Source of the DNA: an uncultured Planctomycetota bacterium
Lineage (GTDB): Bacteria > Planctomycetota > SKW154
Direction of reading: 5' to 3'
Assembly (NCBI GenBank): GCA_964584815.1
Contig: CAZPBO010000005.1
Span: 10,463 to 58,772, forward strand
Length of the DNA: 48,310 nucleotides
A program made the translations under genes and the position numbers. Under the pieces are notes generated by a model. The model was not told the DNA's origin. It was given only the letters and a program-made list of their open reading frames with translations, and searched no databases. Position 1 is the first letter of the stretch. Every line of letters starts with the position of its first letter. Below, piece by piece: positions 8,578 to 18,248 of this stretch.

Positions 8578-9800
8578 TGAGGACGGCGGCGATTCTTGCA
8601 AGCGGTGATGAGTTGGTTTACGGTTTCGTTGAGGAGCGCAACTCATCGTGGCTTGCGGGTAGGTTGCTTGATGTGGGGATAGAGCCTGTATTCTGCGGGG
8701 TTGTGGCGGACAATGCGGCGCTTTACGGCGAGACGCTGCACTGGGCGCTGGCGGCGACGGATGTGGTCATAACCACCGGTGGACTGGGTCCAACCGTTGA
8801 CGACTTGACGCGTCAGGTCGTCGCAAGAGTCACAGGAAAACGCCTCATAAGCGTCAGCGAAGCAGAACAGCACATAAGAGATGTCCTTCAGAAGTTGGGT
8901 GTTCCCGTAAGAGAAAGCGAGTTGAGGCAGGCGCTGATACCAGAAGGCGCCACACCCATCCACAACCGCTACGGCACCGCCTGCGGTTTCGCGTTGCAGG
9001 TTGGCAAAACCCATCTTTTCTGCTTATCGGGTGTGCCGCAGGAGATGGAGCAGATGTTTGAGGATGGGGTGCTGCCGCTGCTTAAGGGAACAGGACGCCC
9101 GCTTTTCTGGCGGCGCTTCAACACTATGGGTCTGTCCGAATCGGAGTTGCAGGCGATAGTGCGTGGAGTTGCGCTGCCCAAAGGCGTGCGCGTCGCCTAC
9201 ACCGCAAGCGATTACCTTATTTCGCTTACGGTTTACGCCCACAACGAGAAGTTGCTTGATGAGTCGGCGGAAAAAGTGAAAAACGCAATACCGCCGAAAC
9301 GCCTGATATCAGAAGGCAAGAAAGCGCTGAACGAGGCGCTGTTTGAAGCGCTGCAGGCAAAGGGGGCTACATTTGCGGTTGCTGAATCGTTCACAGGCGG
9401 ACTTCTGCTTGACAGAATAACCGATGTAGCAGGCATTTCGGCATATCTGCGTGGAGGGGTCGTAGCCTACTCCGCCGAGGCAAAGAGCGGCGTTCTGGGC
9501 GTGGCGAAGGAGACGATAGAGAAGTTCGGCGTTTACTCGTTGGAGGTGGCGGAGGAGATGGCGCGCTGTGCGGCGAAGCGATTCGGCGCCGATTTCGCCA
9601 TCTCAACAACAGGTGTTGCAGGACCCCAACCCGCAGGACCAGGTCTGCCAGCAGGACTTGCTTTTGTTGGTGTATACGGAAACGGCACGGCAAAAGCACG
9701 GCGGTTCACGATAAGTGGACCAAGGAGGAGCGTAAAAAGCCGCGCCGCTAACATCGCACTCAACATCCTGCGCCTTGCGCTGCTTGAACCCCCAAAATGA
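8577..9800 (+). CDS. cinA: CinA-family protein (MoCF-type domain plus nicotinamide-nucleotide amidase domain)
   Basis: VVITTGGLGPTVDDLT N-domain. The C-terminal ESFTGGLL...ISTTGVAGP matches the PncC/CinA-C domain. The ATG at 8577 overlaps the pyrE stop. Confidence 0.85.
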   Translation: MRTAAILASGDELVYGFVEERNSSWLAGRLLDVGIEPVFCGVVADNAALYGETLHWALAATDVVITTGGLGPTVDDLTRQVVARVTGKRLISVSEAEQHIRDVLQKLGVPVRESELRQALIPEGATPIHNRYGTACGFALQVGKTHLFCLSGVPQEMEQMFEDGVLPLLKGTGRPLFWRRFNTMGLSESELQAIVRGVALPKGVRVAYTASDYLISLTVYAHNEKLLDESAEKVKNAIPPKRLISEGKKALNEALFEALQAKGATFAVAESFTGGLLLDRITDVAGISAYLRGGVVAYSAEAKSGVLGVAKETIEKFGVYSLEVAEEMARCAAKRFGADFAISTTGVAGPQPAGPGLPAGLAFVGVYGNGTAKARRFTISGPRRSVKSRAANIALNILRLALLEPPK

Positions 9801-9811
9801 GCCTTACCGTT

Positions 9812-9840
9812 TGACCACACACTACTTCGCTGCTATCATT
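9812..9840 (+). promoter_or_regulatory. Sigma70-type promoter candidate (extended -10) for htpX
   Basis: TTGACC at 9812-9817, 17-nt spacer ending in TGc, TATCAT at 9835-9840. AGGAGG at 9855-9860 precedes the GTG start at 9867. Confidence 0.45.
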
Positions 9841-9866
9841 CCTGATGTAAAGGCAGGAGGTATGTC

Positions 9867-10808
9867 GTGGCGCAACAAGGCGAGCGGGTTCCTTTCCATG
9901 TGCAGATAGCACGCAACAAACGCGCAACAGCCGTGCTTGTGATTTTGTTCAGCATATTGCTCGCGTTTGTGGCTTTTTGGGTGGGACTAATATTTCCGGG
10001 AGGATGGGAGGGGGGCGTTGCGGTGGCGGCGGGTGTGGGTGTCATAACATTTGCGTGGTTTTTGGCGTCCTACTACAGCGGTGGATACCTCCTGATGACG
10101 ATGCACCACGCATACCCGGCGGCGCCAACAAAGGGAGGCAGAGTCCTTTACAATGTGGTGGACGAGATGGCGATAGCGGCGGGGGTGCCGCGTCCACTTA
10201 TCTTTGTCGTTCCCACATCAGCGATGAACGCATTTGCCACAGGACGCGACCCCGAAAACTCCATTATTGCCGTCACAAAAGGTCTGCTTGACAAGTTGGA
10301 CAGGGACGAGTTGCAGGGCGTTGTGGCACACGAAATAAGCCATATCCGCAACTACGACATAAGGTTGATGATGATGGTTGCGACATTTGCGGGGATGGTG
10401 GTGATATTGAGCGAGATACTGTGGTATATGTCGCGAGTTCTGCTTCGCGCGGGGCTTTCAGGCGGCGGTAACAGGCGAGGTGGAGGGGCACCGCTGCTTC
10501 TGCTTGCGGCGGTGGCGGCTATCATATCCCTTGTCGCACCGATAATTGCGGTGCTGATTCAGTTCGCGATAAGCCGACGAAGGGAATACTTGGCGGACGC
10601 TTCAGCGGTGGAGTTGACGCGTTATCCTGAAGGTCTGGCGCGTGCTCTTGAAAAGATTGCCTTCGGCTGCCGCGGAATGAAATACGCCTCCAAAGCGGCG
10701 GCACATCTCTACATCCAGAACCCATTTATGCGTGCCTCCGCATCAAGCCTCTTCGCCACACACCCTCCTATCAGTGAACGCATCAGGAGAATAAGAGCGA
10801 TGATGTAA
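9867..10808 (+). CDS. htpX: M48-family zinc metalloprotease HtpX
   Basis: HEISHIRNYD (HExxH) motif, four hydrophobic helices, and a C-terminal THPPISERI motif. Confidence 0.9.
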   Translation: MAQQGERVPFHVQIARNKRATAVLVILFSILLAFVAFWVGLIFPGGWEGGVAVAAGVGVITFAWFLASYYSGGYLLMTMHHAYPAAPTKGGRVLYNVVDEMAIAAGVPRPLIFVVPTSAMNAFATGRDPENSIIAVTKGLLDKLDRDELQGVVAHEISHIRNYDIRLMMMVATFAGMVVILSEILWYMSRVLLRAGLSGGGNRRGGGAPLLLLAAVAAIISLVAPIIAVLIQFAISRRREYLADASAVELTRYPEGLARALEKIAFGCRGMKYASKAAAHLYIQNPFMRASASSLFATHPPISERIRRIRAMM

Positions 10809-10865
10809 AAATTTTGCACCATAAAGCGTCAACACCCGTCTAATAATGTGAGAAATCCTGTTAGG

Positions 10866-13800
10866 ATGGTCTTTATGCTTGATGAAACAGAAAAGGAGTT
10901 GTTGAAGACGGTGCTGCGTAAGGGGTTGATAGACGCCGAGACAGCGCAGTATCTGCTGGAAGAGAAAGAAAGAGACCCCAGCAAGCCGATAAGCCAGATA
11001 CTGGTTGAGCAGAACATCATAGACGAGGAGCAGTTACAAACGCTTATGGATGGTGGAACGCACAGTGAAGGAGTAACGATAGAGGAAAAAGGAACGGATA
11101 GAAACGGGGCTGTTGGGGCTGTGGCTCCTGCGACCGCACCACACGCCGCCCCATTCATCGGCAAATATAAAATAATCGGATTGCTCGGCAAGGGTGGTAT
11201 GGGCAAAGTTTATAAAGGCTTTGATGGGGAACTCCAGCGTTACGCCGCCATAAAGGTGCTGCCTGAAGAGATGGCAACTGACAAAGAGAGCCTGCAACGC
11301 TTTCTGCTGGAAGCGGAAGCCGCGGCAAAACTGTCCCATCCCAACATCGTGGCGGTCTATGAGATAGGTCGCTACAACAAAACCTACTACTTCGCGATGG
11401 AGTATGTGGACGGCACAAGTCTGACGGGATGGTTGAAGAAAAAACGCCCCAACCGCAGAAAAGTGCTGGATGTCTTCCGCAGGGTTTGCCTGGCGGTGCA
11501 TCACGCTCATTTAAGCGGGATAATCCATCGCGATATAAAACCCGCCAACATACTGATAACCAAGACAGGCGTGCCGAAAGTGGCGGACTTCGGGCTGGCG
11601 AAGCAGATAAAGGGGCAGCGCGACTCATCCCTCAAAACCCAGGACGGAACTGTGATGGGCACACCAGAATATATGGCGCCAGAGCAGGCGGCGGGAAAAA
11701 TCCACGAAATAGACATAAGAAGCGATGTATATTCTCTGGGCGTTGTTCTGTATGAGTTGATGACGGGTAGACGCCCGTTCAAAGGCTCAAACTTCTATGC
11801 GGTGATAAAACAGGTGCTGTTTGAGGAGCCGCCGCGTCCGTCCCAAATCAACCCAAAGATAGACTGGGAACTGGAAGCAATAATCTTAAAGGCGATGGCA
11901 AAGAAGAAGGAGGAGCGTTACCAAAGTGCACGGGATTTGGCAGAAGACATAGGACGATATTTGAGGGGTGAGCCGATAAGGGCGGCGCGGGCTGGCTGGT
12001 TCTACACATTCAAGAAGAAGGTGGCGCGTAACAAGCCGTTTTACGGGACGCTTTTTGGGGCGGTGGCTTTGTTTGTGGTTCTTCTTGTGTGGTTTGTGAG
12101 CGCACAAATTGAGGCGCGCAAGAAAGCCGAAGCGGCATACAGGCTGGCGGAGAAGCGGCGGAAAGAGGCGGAGAAACAGCGGCAGATAGCAGAAACCGCA
12201 AAAAGAAAGGCGGAGGCGGCATACAAGGTAGCGGAGAAGGCGCGCAAGAAAGCCGAACAGGCAAAAGATGAGTTGGAAAAGGCGCTTGTGGATATGGCTC
12301 TTGAGCGGGCGCTTTCTCTGGCGCAACAGACCCGTTGGCAGGAAGCCATAGATGCCCTAACCCGCTTGCCGAAAGCACAACAGCACCGATGGGGCGGATG
12401 GCTTATCAACTTTGCGCGCCAGAGGATGTGGCGCACCACCCAATTCCCGATGAAGGAGAACCTCTTCTGCGTTGTCAAAACCACAAACGGTTATATAGCA
12501 AGACTTGCGTGGGATAAAAGGGCGCAAGAGTTGCTGACGGTTGACCCAACAAACGGAACGATAAGAACCTTCCACACATTCAGCGCAAGACTGTATAACA
12601 AATTCGCCGCATCACCTGACGGCACCCAACTGGCTGTCGTGCTTCAGAGCGGGGAGGTGATGGCGCTTGACGCAAACGGCACACTGCTTTGGCGAACCAA
12701 AATGAAGCACCTACCGTTTACGGTATTCCACCTGGGAGACTTGATATTTACGGAGGCGCTCAGCCGCGTCTACGCCTTGGACAGCAGCAACGGGAAGATA
12801 GTGGCGACAGTAAACCTGCCGCGAGGAATGCAGGGAGTAACAAATGTGCTTTCGGTAGGACCGTATTATGTAGTTTTCTGTCAGGACAGACACGCAAGAG
12901 GGCACCTGGTGCTTGTGAACGCCGCCGATATGCATGTTGTCTGGAAACTGCCGTTAACTGGGGTGGCGTTCAATGTGGTGGCGCGCGGCAGGCGCCTCTA
13001 CTTCGCCACCTGCTCCTGCACCGTGGAAGAAATTGATATTGAAGAAAGACAGCGGATAAAATCCCTCACCTACGAAGGGGAAGCGCCATGCGGCATTGCC
13101 TTGATTGATAACTACTTAGTCGTTGTGGGATATGACGGCAGAGTCCACATCTGGGATATATCCAACTGGCAGAAAGAGACGGTGCAGCGTCTGCCGCTTC
13201 GCTTCTGCTGGGGTGCTTTCAAAGAAGGAAAAAGCGTATACGCCTACGGGGACGGCGGTCTTGCCCGCATAGAACCGCCTCTTACTCTCTGGGCGAAGAA
13301 GTTACACATAACATCCACAAAACGGTCCGCTTTTGGGCGTGTTCATAGTGTTGCCATGACTGCGACCACCATAATTATGGGGGTATCGGACGCCACACTG
13401 CGCGGGATAACTTACGACGGCAGAGAGTTGTGGAGCGTTCCACGGGTTGCCGACCCTTCAACTATGGATGTGGCTATGGCGCTTGCTGTGGCGCCGAACG
13501 GCGACATATTTACCGTCAGTGGCTTGGGGAAGGTGAGCCGCTGGAGTCCCACGACCAGAAAGCATATATGGCTCAATGAGCAGCCTGCCGGCAGGCTAGG
13601 ACCTGGTAAACTGTGGTTGAGTGGCAACACACTAATCGTCGCAAAAGGCGACACAGTTGCGTTTCTCAATGCTCAAACGGGGCGGGTTCTGGCGAGGCAA
13701 CCGCTTGGCGCCTTTATCTTTGGAGGCGGTCCCCTTCCCAACGGCTCTGTTGTCGCCATCACTTACCAAAAGGGAGCCTTCATAGTGACCCAAAACGGCG

Positions 13801-14177
13801 CCACCCCCCTGCCACAGGTGCCCGGGGCAAATCGTGCCGAACTCAACGCCGACGGAACACTGTTGGCTGTCGCCCAGCGCGGCGGAAAACTGCTGCTCTT
13901 TGAGACCAAAAATTGGAAGAAACTGTGGGAACATCAGTTCATAGAACCCCCCTATGGAATCGCATTTCTCCCTTCAAACGACATCGTCGTCACGACAAGG
14001 TCTGGAAAGGTGGTGCTTTTGAGCAGGGAAAAAGGCGATAAAAGTTTCTACCTGCAGCGACTGCCGGGTGGCGCTTATTACAAGGTCAGCACAAGTCCCA
14101 ACGGAAAGGTTGTCGTCCTTTACTCCACTTTTATGGGTGAGATTTGGATTTTGCACATTCCGCCGCTACCACGCTGA
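10866..14177 (+). CDS. Membrane-spanning Ser/Thr protein kinase with T2SS-E-N-like N-terminal module and C-terminal beta-propeller region
   Basis: Kinase motifs GKGGMGKVYK, AIK, HRDIKPANIL, DFG and APE. TM FGAVALFVVLLVWFVSAQ. A charged KKAEAAY repeat region is followed by about 600 aa of beta-rich repeats (PQQ/WD40-like). The start is uncertain (GTG 10848, ATG 10866 or ATG 10875). Confidence 0.9.
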   Translation: MVFMLDETEKELLKTVLRKGLIDAETAQYLLEEKERDPSKPISQILVEQNIIDEEQLQTLMDGGTHSEGVTIEEKGTDRNGAVGAVAPATAPHAAPFIGKYKIIGLLGKGGMGKVYKGFDGELQRYAAIKVLPEEMATDKESLQRFLLEAEAAAKLSHPNIVAVYEIGRYNKTYYFAMEYVDGTSLTGWLKKKRPNRRKVLDVFRRVCLAVHHAHLSGIIHRDIKPANILITKTGVPKVADFGLAKQIKGQRDSSLKTQDGTVMGTPEYMAPEQAAGKIHEIDIRSDVYSLGVVLYELMTGRRPFKGSNFYAVIKQVLFEEPPRPSQINPKIDWELEAIILKAMAKKKEERYQSARDLAEDIGRYLRGEPIRAARAGWFYTFKKKVARNKPFYGTLFGAVALFVVLLVWFVSAQIEARKKAEAAYRLAEKRRKEAEKQRQIAETAKRKAEAAYKVAEKARKKAEQAKDELEKALVDMALERALSLAQQTRWQEAIDALTRLPKAQQHRWGGWLINFARQRMWRTTQFPMKENLFCVVKTTNGYIARLAWDKRAQELLTVDPTNGTIRTFHTFSARLYNKFAASPDGTQLAVVLQSGEVMALDANGTLLWRTKMKHLPFTVFHLGDLIFTEALSRVYALDSSNGKIVATVNLPRGMQGVTNVLSVGPYYVVFCQDRHARGHLVLVNAADMHVVWKLPLTGVAFNVVARGRRLYFATCSCTVEEIDIEERQRIKSLTYEGEAPCGIALIDNYLVVVGYDGRVHIWDISNWQKETVQRLPLRFCWGAFKEGKSVYAYGDGGLARIEPPLTLWAKKLHITSTKRSAFGRVHSVAMTATTIIMGVSDATLRGITYDGRELWSVPRVADPSTMDVAMALAVAPNGDIFTVSGLGKVSRWSPTTRKHIWLNEQPAGRLGPGKLWLSGNTLIVAKGDTVAFLNAQTGRVLARQPLGAFIFGGGPLPNGSVVAITYQKGAFIVTQNGATPLPQVPGANRAELNADGTLLAVAQRGGKLLLFETKNWKKLWEHQFIEPPYGIAFLPSNDIVVTTRSGKVVLLSREKGDKSFYLQRLPGGAYYKVSTSPNGKVVVLYSTFMGEIWILHIPPLPR

Positions 14178-15327
14178 CAACACCGTCCTCATCATTCACA
14201 CCAACTACACAAACCCGCTCAAACCCTACCGCCTTCGTTCCCAGAAACCTTGCCCGCACATATCGCTCAAGCATCCCAAGCCCGTTCCTTTCTGGAATGA
14301 AACTCTCATAAAGACCGACAAGGCAACGCCTGTAGGCAGCCGCTGCGGCGTCTGAAACCTTCTTAAGGACAGCAAAACGCTCTTTCACCAGATTTGGGGG
14401 AAGCGGTGGCAACTGGGCTGCAGGTGTTCTGGGACGCGCACTATAAGGAAATATGTGAACGCGGCTGAATCCTGCGTTCTCAACCAGAGAAAGCGTTTTT
14501 TCAAAGTCGGCGTCCGTTTCTGTGGGGTATCCCACGATAATGTCGGTGGTTATTGCAGGTTTTGTGCGGGTTTTGCGCAGGCGCTCAACAAGGCGCATAA
14601 AGTCAGCTGCGCTGTATGGACGGCGCATATGCGAAAGCACAGCGTCAGAGCCCGACTGCAACGGAAGATGGAAATGGGCGCAGACAGAGTCGCATTCATC
14701 TATCGCCTCAAGCAATGCGTCATCCACAAAGTGGGGCTCAAGGCTTGAGAGGCGGATGCGGGGAAATAGCCGCTCTTTATCAAGGCGGCGCAGCAAATCC
14801 GCAAGACTTGAGTCTATGTCGCGACCGTATGCGGCGAGGTTGACCCCCACAAGCACAACCTCCTTAAAACCCGCCGCAGCAATGGACTCCGCCTCCGTCA
14901 AAACATCATCAATCCTGCGACTCCGCAACCGACCCCGAACACGGCAGACGACACAATAAGAGCAGGCAGAAGGGCAACCATCGCAGACTTTCAGAAGAGC
15001 GCGACTGCGGCTCTCAAAGTTTGGGACAACCCTGATACGGGAAAGCAACTCCATTTTGGCTGCGTTGTCAACTGCCACAATCCGCTCATGCCTGAACATA
15101 TCCGGACGAAGTGTGACAAGGCAGCCTGCGACGACGACGGTGGCGCTGGGGTGGTGGCGCAGGAGGCGTCGCAGCGCCTTGCGGCTCTTCCGCTCCGCCT
15201 CCCCAGTCACGCAGCAGGTCAGAAGCAACGCCCACTCCCCGCGTATCTTCTCATAATGCTTCTTGAGAGCCTGCAACTCATATTGGTTCACTTTGCAGCC
15301 TATGCTGACAGCCGCCACAACTCCCAT
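14131..15327 (-). CDS. mtaB: Radical-SAM methylthiotransferase, MtaB-like
   Basis: N-terminal MTTase motif GCKVNQYE. Radical-SAM cluster CPSACSYC (CxxxCxxC). Confidence 0.75.
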   Translation of the reverse strand: MGVVAAVSIGCKVNQYELQALKKHYEKIRGEWALLLTCCVTGEAERKSRKALRRLLRHHPSATVVVAGCLVTLRPDMFRHERIVAVDNAAKMELLSRIRVVPNFESRSRALLKVCDGCPSACSYCVVCRVRGRLRSRRIDDVLTEAESIAAAGFKEVVLVGVNLAAYGRDIDSSLADLLRRLDKERLFPRIRLSSLEPHFVDDALLEAIDECDSVCAHFHLPLQSGSDAVLSHMRRPYSAADFMRLVERLRKTRTKPAITTDIIVGYPTETDADFEKTLSLVENAGFSRVHIFPYSARPRTPAAQLPPLPPNLVKERFAVLKKVSDAAAAAYRRCLVGLYESFIPERNGLGMLERYVRARFLGTKAVGFERVCVVGVNDEDGVVSVVAAECAKSKSHP

Positions 15328-15337
15328 ATCCCGCGCC

Positions 15338-16576
15338 TCAATGCTTCTTTAAAACCTGCACAAGGCGGAATATCGGCAGGAAAAACGAAAGCGCAAGCAG
15401 GAACACAAGCCCAGCCACAAAAACCAGAAGAATTGGCTCAATTATGCGGGGAAGGTTTTGCACCATACGCGACATCTGGTTCTCATAGTCGCTTGCAAGA
15501 AGGTCAAGCAGTTCATCAACGGTTCCCGTCTCCTCGCCGACGCGCAGCATCTGCACAAGAAGCGGCTCAAAGATGGCGGCGTCCTCCACCGCTTCCGAAA
15601 TCTTTGCACCATCGCGAACCGCAAACGACGCCTTCTTAACACCCTCCTCCAGAACGGAATTGCCGATGGTGCCGGCGGCGATGTTAAGCGCCTGAACCAC
15701 ATCAACTCCTGTGCGCACCATCAACTCCATAGAACGCGTGAACCGCAGCACCGCCGCCAGATAGACGAACTTGCCGATTATGGGGATGCGCAGAAAGAGG
15801 CGGTCAAAGAAACGGCTCCCGCTCTTGGTGCGCTTGAAAACCGCAATCGCTATCACAACTCCCACAGCCGCCACAACAAGAAGCGGCCACCATTCCTTAA
15901 CGAAGTCGGCGACAAAGAGAACGACCCGTGTAGGCAGAGGCAGCGGGATATGTGCCTCATCGTATATCTTTTTGATTTTTGGTATGACGACTGTGACGAT
16001 GAAGGATGCAACACCAATAGCGACAAGGACGATGACGGCAGGATATGCAAGCGCGCCGCGAACAGACGCCTTGAGGTTGCTCTCAAGTTCCTTATACGCG
16101 GCAAGGCGCATCAGAACGGCGTCCAACTGCCCCGTCTCTTCCCCCACCTTTACCGACCAGCGGACAAGGGGTGGAAAGACATCAGGATTTTTCTCAATGG
16201 CGGCGGAAAGAGGTTCTCCTGACGCAAGGGTGTCGCGGATTGACTCAATGAGGCGCCGCATAGGCTGGGACGGCGCCCTCTGCAGAACCATATCAAGCGC
16301 CGTCATTATCGGAATACCTGCACGCACCATCGTAGCCAACTGCCGCATAAACGCCACAATATGTGATGAGGAAGGCTTGGCAAAAAGCCCTGTCACCTTC
16401 TTGGGTTTTGCTTCCTCAACCGATATGACAAAAAGCCCCTGTTCAGCAAGGCGGGTTGCCACCTCGCTCCTGTCTGCAGCCTCCATCTCACCCTGCAACT
16501 CCTTGCCGACGGCGTCCCTTGCACGATACGCAAAAAGTGGCACCCCTACCCCCCTAATATGCGAGGCTTTCCTCAC
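15338..16576 (-). CDS. GspF/PilC-family inner-membrane platform protein
   Basis: Duplicated T2SS-F architecture with an N-terminal PLFAYRARDAVGKELQGEMEA-type motif. An alternative GTG start at 16543 would remove the 23-nt overlap with the ATPase gene. Confidence 0.9.
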   Translation of the reverse strand: MRKASHIRGVGVPLFAYRARDAVGKELQGEMEAADRSEVATRLAEQGLFVISVEEAKPKKVTGLFAKPSSSHIVAFMRQLATMVRAGIPIMTALDMVLQRAPSQPMRRLIESIRDTLASGEPLSAAIEKNPDVFPPLVRWSVKVGEETGQLDAVLMRLAAYKELESNLKASVRGALAYPAVIVLVAIGVASFIVTVVIPKIKKIYDEAHIPLPLPTRVVLFVADFVKEWWPLLVVAAVGVVIAIAVFKRTKSGSRFFDRLFLRIPIIGKFVYLAAVLRFTRSMELMVRTGVDVVQALNIAAGTIGNSVLEEGVKKASFAVRDGAKISEAVEDAAIFEPLLVQMLRVGEETGTVDELLDLLASDYENQMSRMVQNLPRIIEPILLVFVAGLVFLLALSFFLPIFRLVQVLKKH

Positions 16577-18248
16577 CTATGACCCGCAGAACTTCCGAAA
16601 CGGTGGTTATGCCTGCCGCCACTTTCCTTGCACCTGCTTCTTTTAAGGTTATCATCCCTGCTTCCTTTGCGGCTTCCCTTATCGCGCTTGTGGGTGCTTT
16701 TGCCACTATCAGGCGGCGCACCTCCTCGTTCGGCACCATCATCTCAAATATCCCCGTTCTGCCTTTGTATCCTGTGTGACCACAGATTTTGCAGCCTTTA
16801 GCACGGTAAAAGAGCAGACCCTCCTTTGGCTCTGTGTTGAGCGCCTTCAACTCCCATTCGGGTGGCTCGTAGGCTTCCTTGCACCTGTCACATAGCACAC
16901 GCACAAGTCTCTGGCTCACCGCACACAAAAGAGTTGACGCCACAAGGTATGGTTCAACCCCCATATCCACAAGGCGGGTAGCGGTGGAGGGGGCATCGTT
17001 TGTGTGGAGGGATGAAAAAACGAGGTGTCCTGTAAGTGCAGCCTGAATCGCGATACGGGCGGACTCAAGGTCGCGAATCTCCCCCACCATTATGACATCA
17101 GGGTCAAGACGGAACATAGCCCTCAAACCTTTGGCGAATGTGAAACCCGCCTTTGCCGCCACCTGTGTCTGATTCACCCCCTCAAGTTCGTATTCAACAG
17201 GGTCCTCAATAGTGAGAATCTTCTTGTCGGGAGTGTTTATGGTGTCAAGAGCGGCGTATAGGGTTGTGGTTTTGCCGCAGCCTGTGGGACCGGTGGTGAG
17301 GACGAGTCCGTAGGGCTGGGTGACGGCGCGTTCAAACTGCTCCAGCATCTCGGGCTCAAAGCCGAGTTCAGCGAGACCATAACGGATACCGCCGCGGTAG
17401 AGGAGGCGCATAACCACCATCTCGCCTCGGGTGGTCGGAAAAGTCGCCACACGAAGGTCAATGTCGGCTCCCTCACGGCGCACCTCTATATGCCCGTCCT
17501 GAGGCAGGCGGTGTTCGGCTATGTCCATACCCGCCAGAATCTTGACCCGCGTTATCACCGCAGGTTCTAGACGCTTTGGTATCTTAAGCGTCTGATGAAG
17601 TATGCCGTCAATGCGGAAACGCACAACAAGCCCTTCCCGATGGGGCTCAAGATGGATATCGCTTGCTCTGTCGCGTATGGCTTGGGTGAAGATAAGGTTG
17701 ACAAGGCGCACAACAGGCGCTTCCTGGGCGAGTCTTTCCTCCTCTGTAGGTTCCACTTCCGTCACAGGCGCCCCTTCTCGCGACGCCGACAGAGTTTTTA
17801 TCACCTCACGCACACTATCGGTCACACGGTAGTAGTGGTTTATCGCACGCTCTATCGCCGACTCCGTCGCCACAACGACCAAAACATCCTTACCGCTGCG
17901 GGTTTGAACATCGTCCACAGCGTATATGTTGAAAGGATTCGCCACTGCAATCGCCAGAGTATCACCCAGAACATAAAGAGGCATGATTTTGTATTCACGC
18001 GCCATCCTCTCTGTGACCATCTCAAGACTTTTGCGCTCAATTATGTAGTGGTCAATGTCAATATATGGCAGGCGCAGATGGCGCGCCATGGCTTCTGCTA
18101 TCTGTTCCTCCGTCAGAAAACCGAGTTCAAAGAGGATGTTTCGGGCGTCTTTACCGGTGCGGCGCTGCTCAAGCCGCACCTTCTCCGCCTCCTGCTCGCT
18201 CAAAAGCCCCTCCTTGCGCAGTATCTCCAGCAACTCCTCCGCCATCAC
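16554..18248 (-). CDS. GspE/PilB-family secretion/pilus assembly ATPase
   Basis: Walker A GPTGCGKTTT and Walker B-type ILTIEDP. Tetracysteine CDRC...CKICGHTGYKGR. N-terminal T2SS-E-N domain. Confidence 0.92.
   Translation of the reverse strand: MMAEELLEILRKEGLLSEQEAEKVRLEQRRTGKDARNILFELGFLTEEQIAEAMARHLRLPYIDIDHYIIERKSLEMVTERMAREYKIMPLYVLGDTLAIAVANPFNIYAVDDVQTRSGKDVLVVVATESAIERAINHYYRVTDSVREVIKTLSASREGAPVTEVEPTEEERLAQEAPVVRLVNLIFTQAIRDRASDIHLEPHREGLVVRFRIDGILHQTLKIPKRLEPAVITRVKILAGMDIAEHRLPQDGHIEVRREGADIDLRVATFPTTRGEMVVMRLLYRGGIRYGLAELGFEPEMLEQFERAVTQPYGLVLTTGPTGCGKTTTLYAALDTINTPDKKILTIEDPVEYELEGVNQTQVAAKAGFTFAKGLRAMFRLDPDVIMVGEIRDLESARIAIQAALTGHLVFSSLHTNDAPSTATRLVDMGVEPYLVASTLLCAVSQRLVRVLCDRCKEAYEPPEWELKALNTEPKEGLLFYRAKGCKICGHTGYKGRTGIFEMMVPNEEVRRLIVAKAPTSAIREAAKEAGMITLKEAGARKVAAGITTVSEVLRVIGEESLAY

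Noticed and set aside
12118-12240. Imperfect ~40-nt direct repeat at DNA level.
   Set aside because: It lies in frame inside kinase 1 and encodes duplicated KKAEAAY-xAEK helical units. It is not a CRISPR, a tandem-repeat locus or a mobile-element end.
15458-16646. Long plus-strand ORFs (254 aa and 291 aa) opposite the GspF/PilC gene.
   Set aside because: They are antisense shadow ORFs typical of GC-rich DNA. Their composition is Arg/Ser/Thr/Ala-biased and low in complexity, and they have no SD or motifs. The minus-strand frame encodes an unmistakable GspF-family protein.
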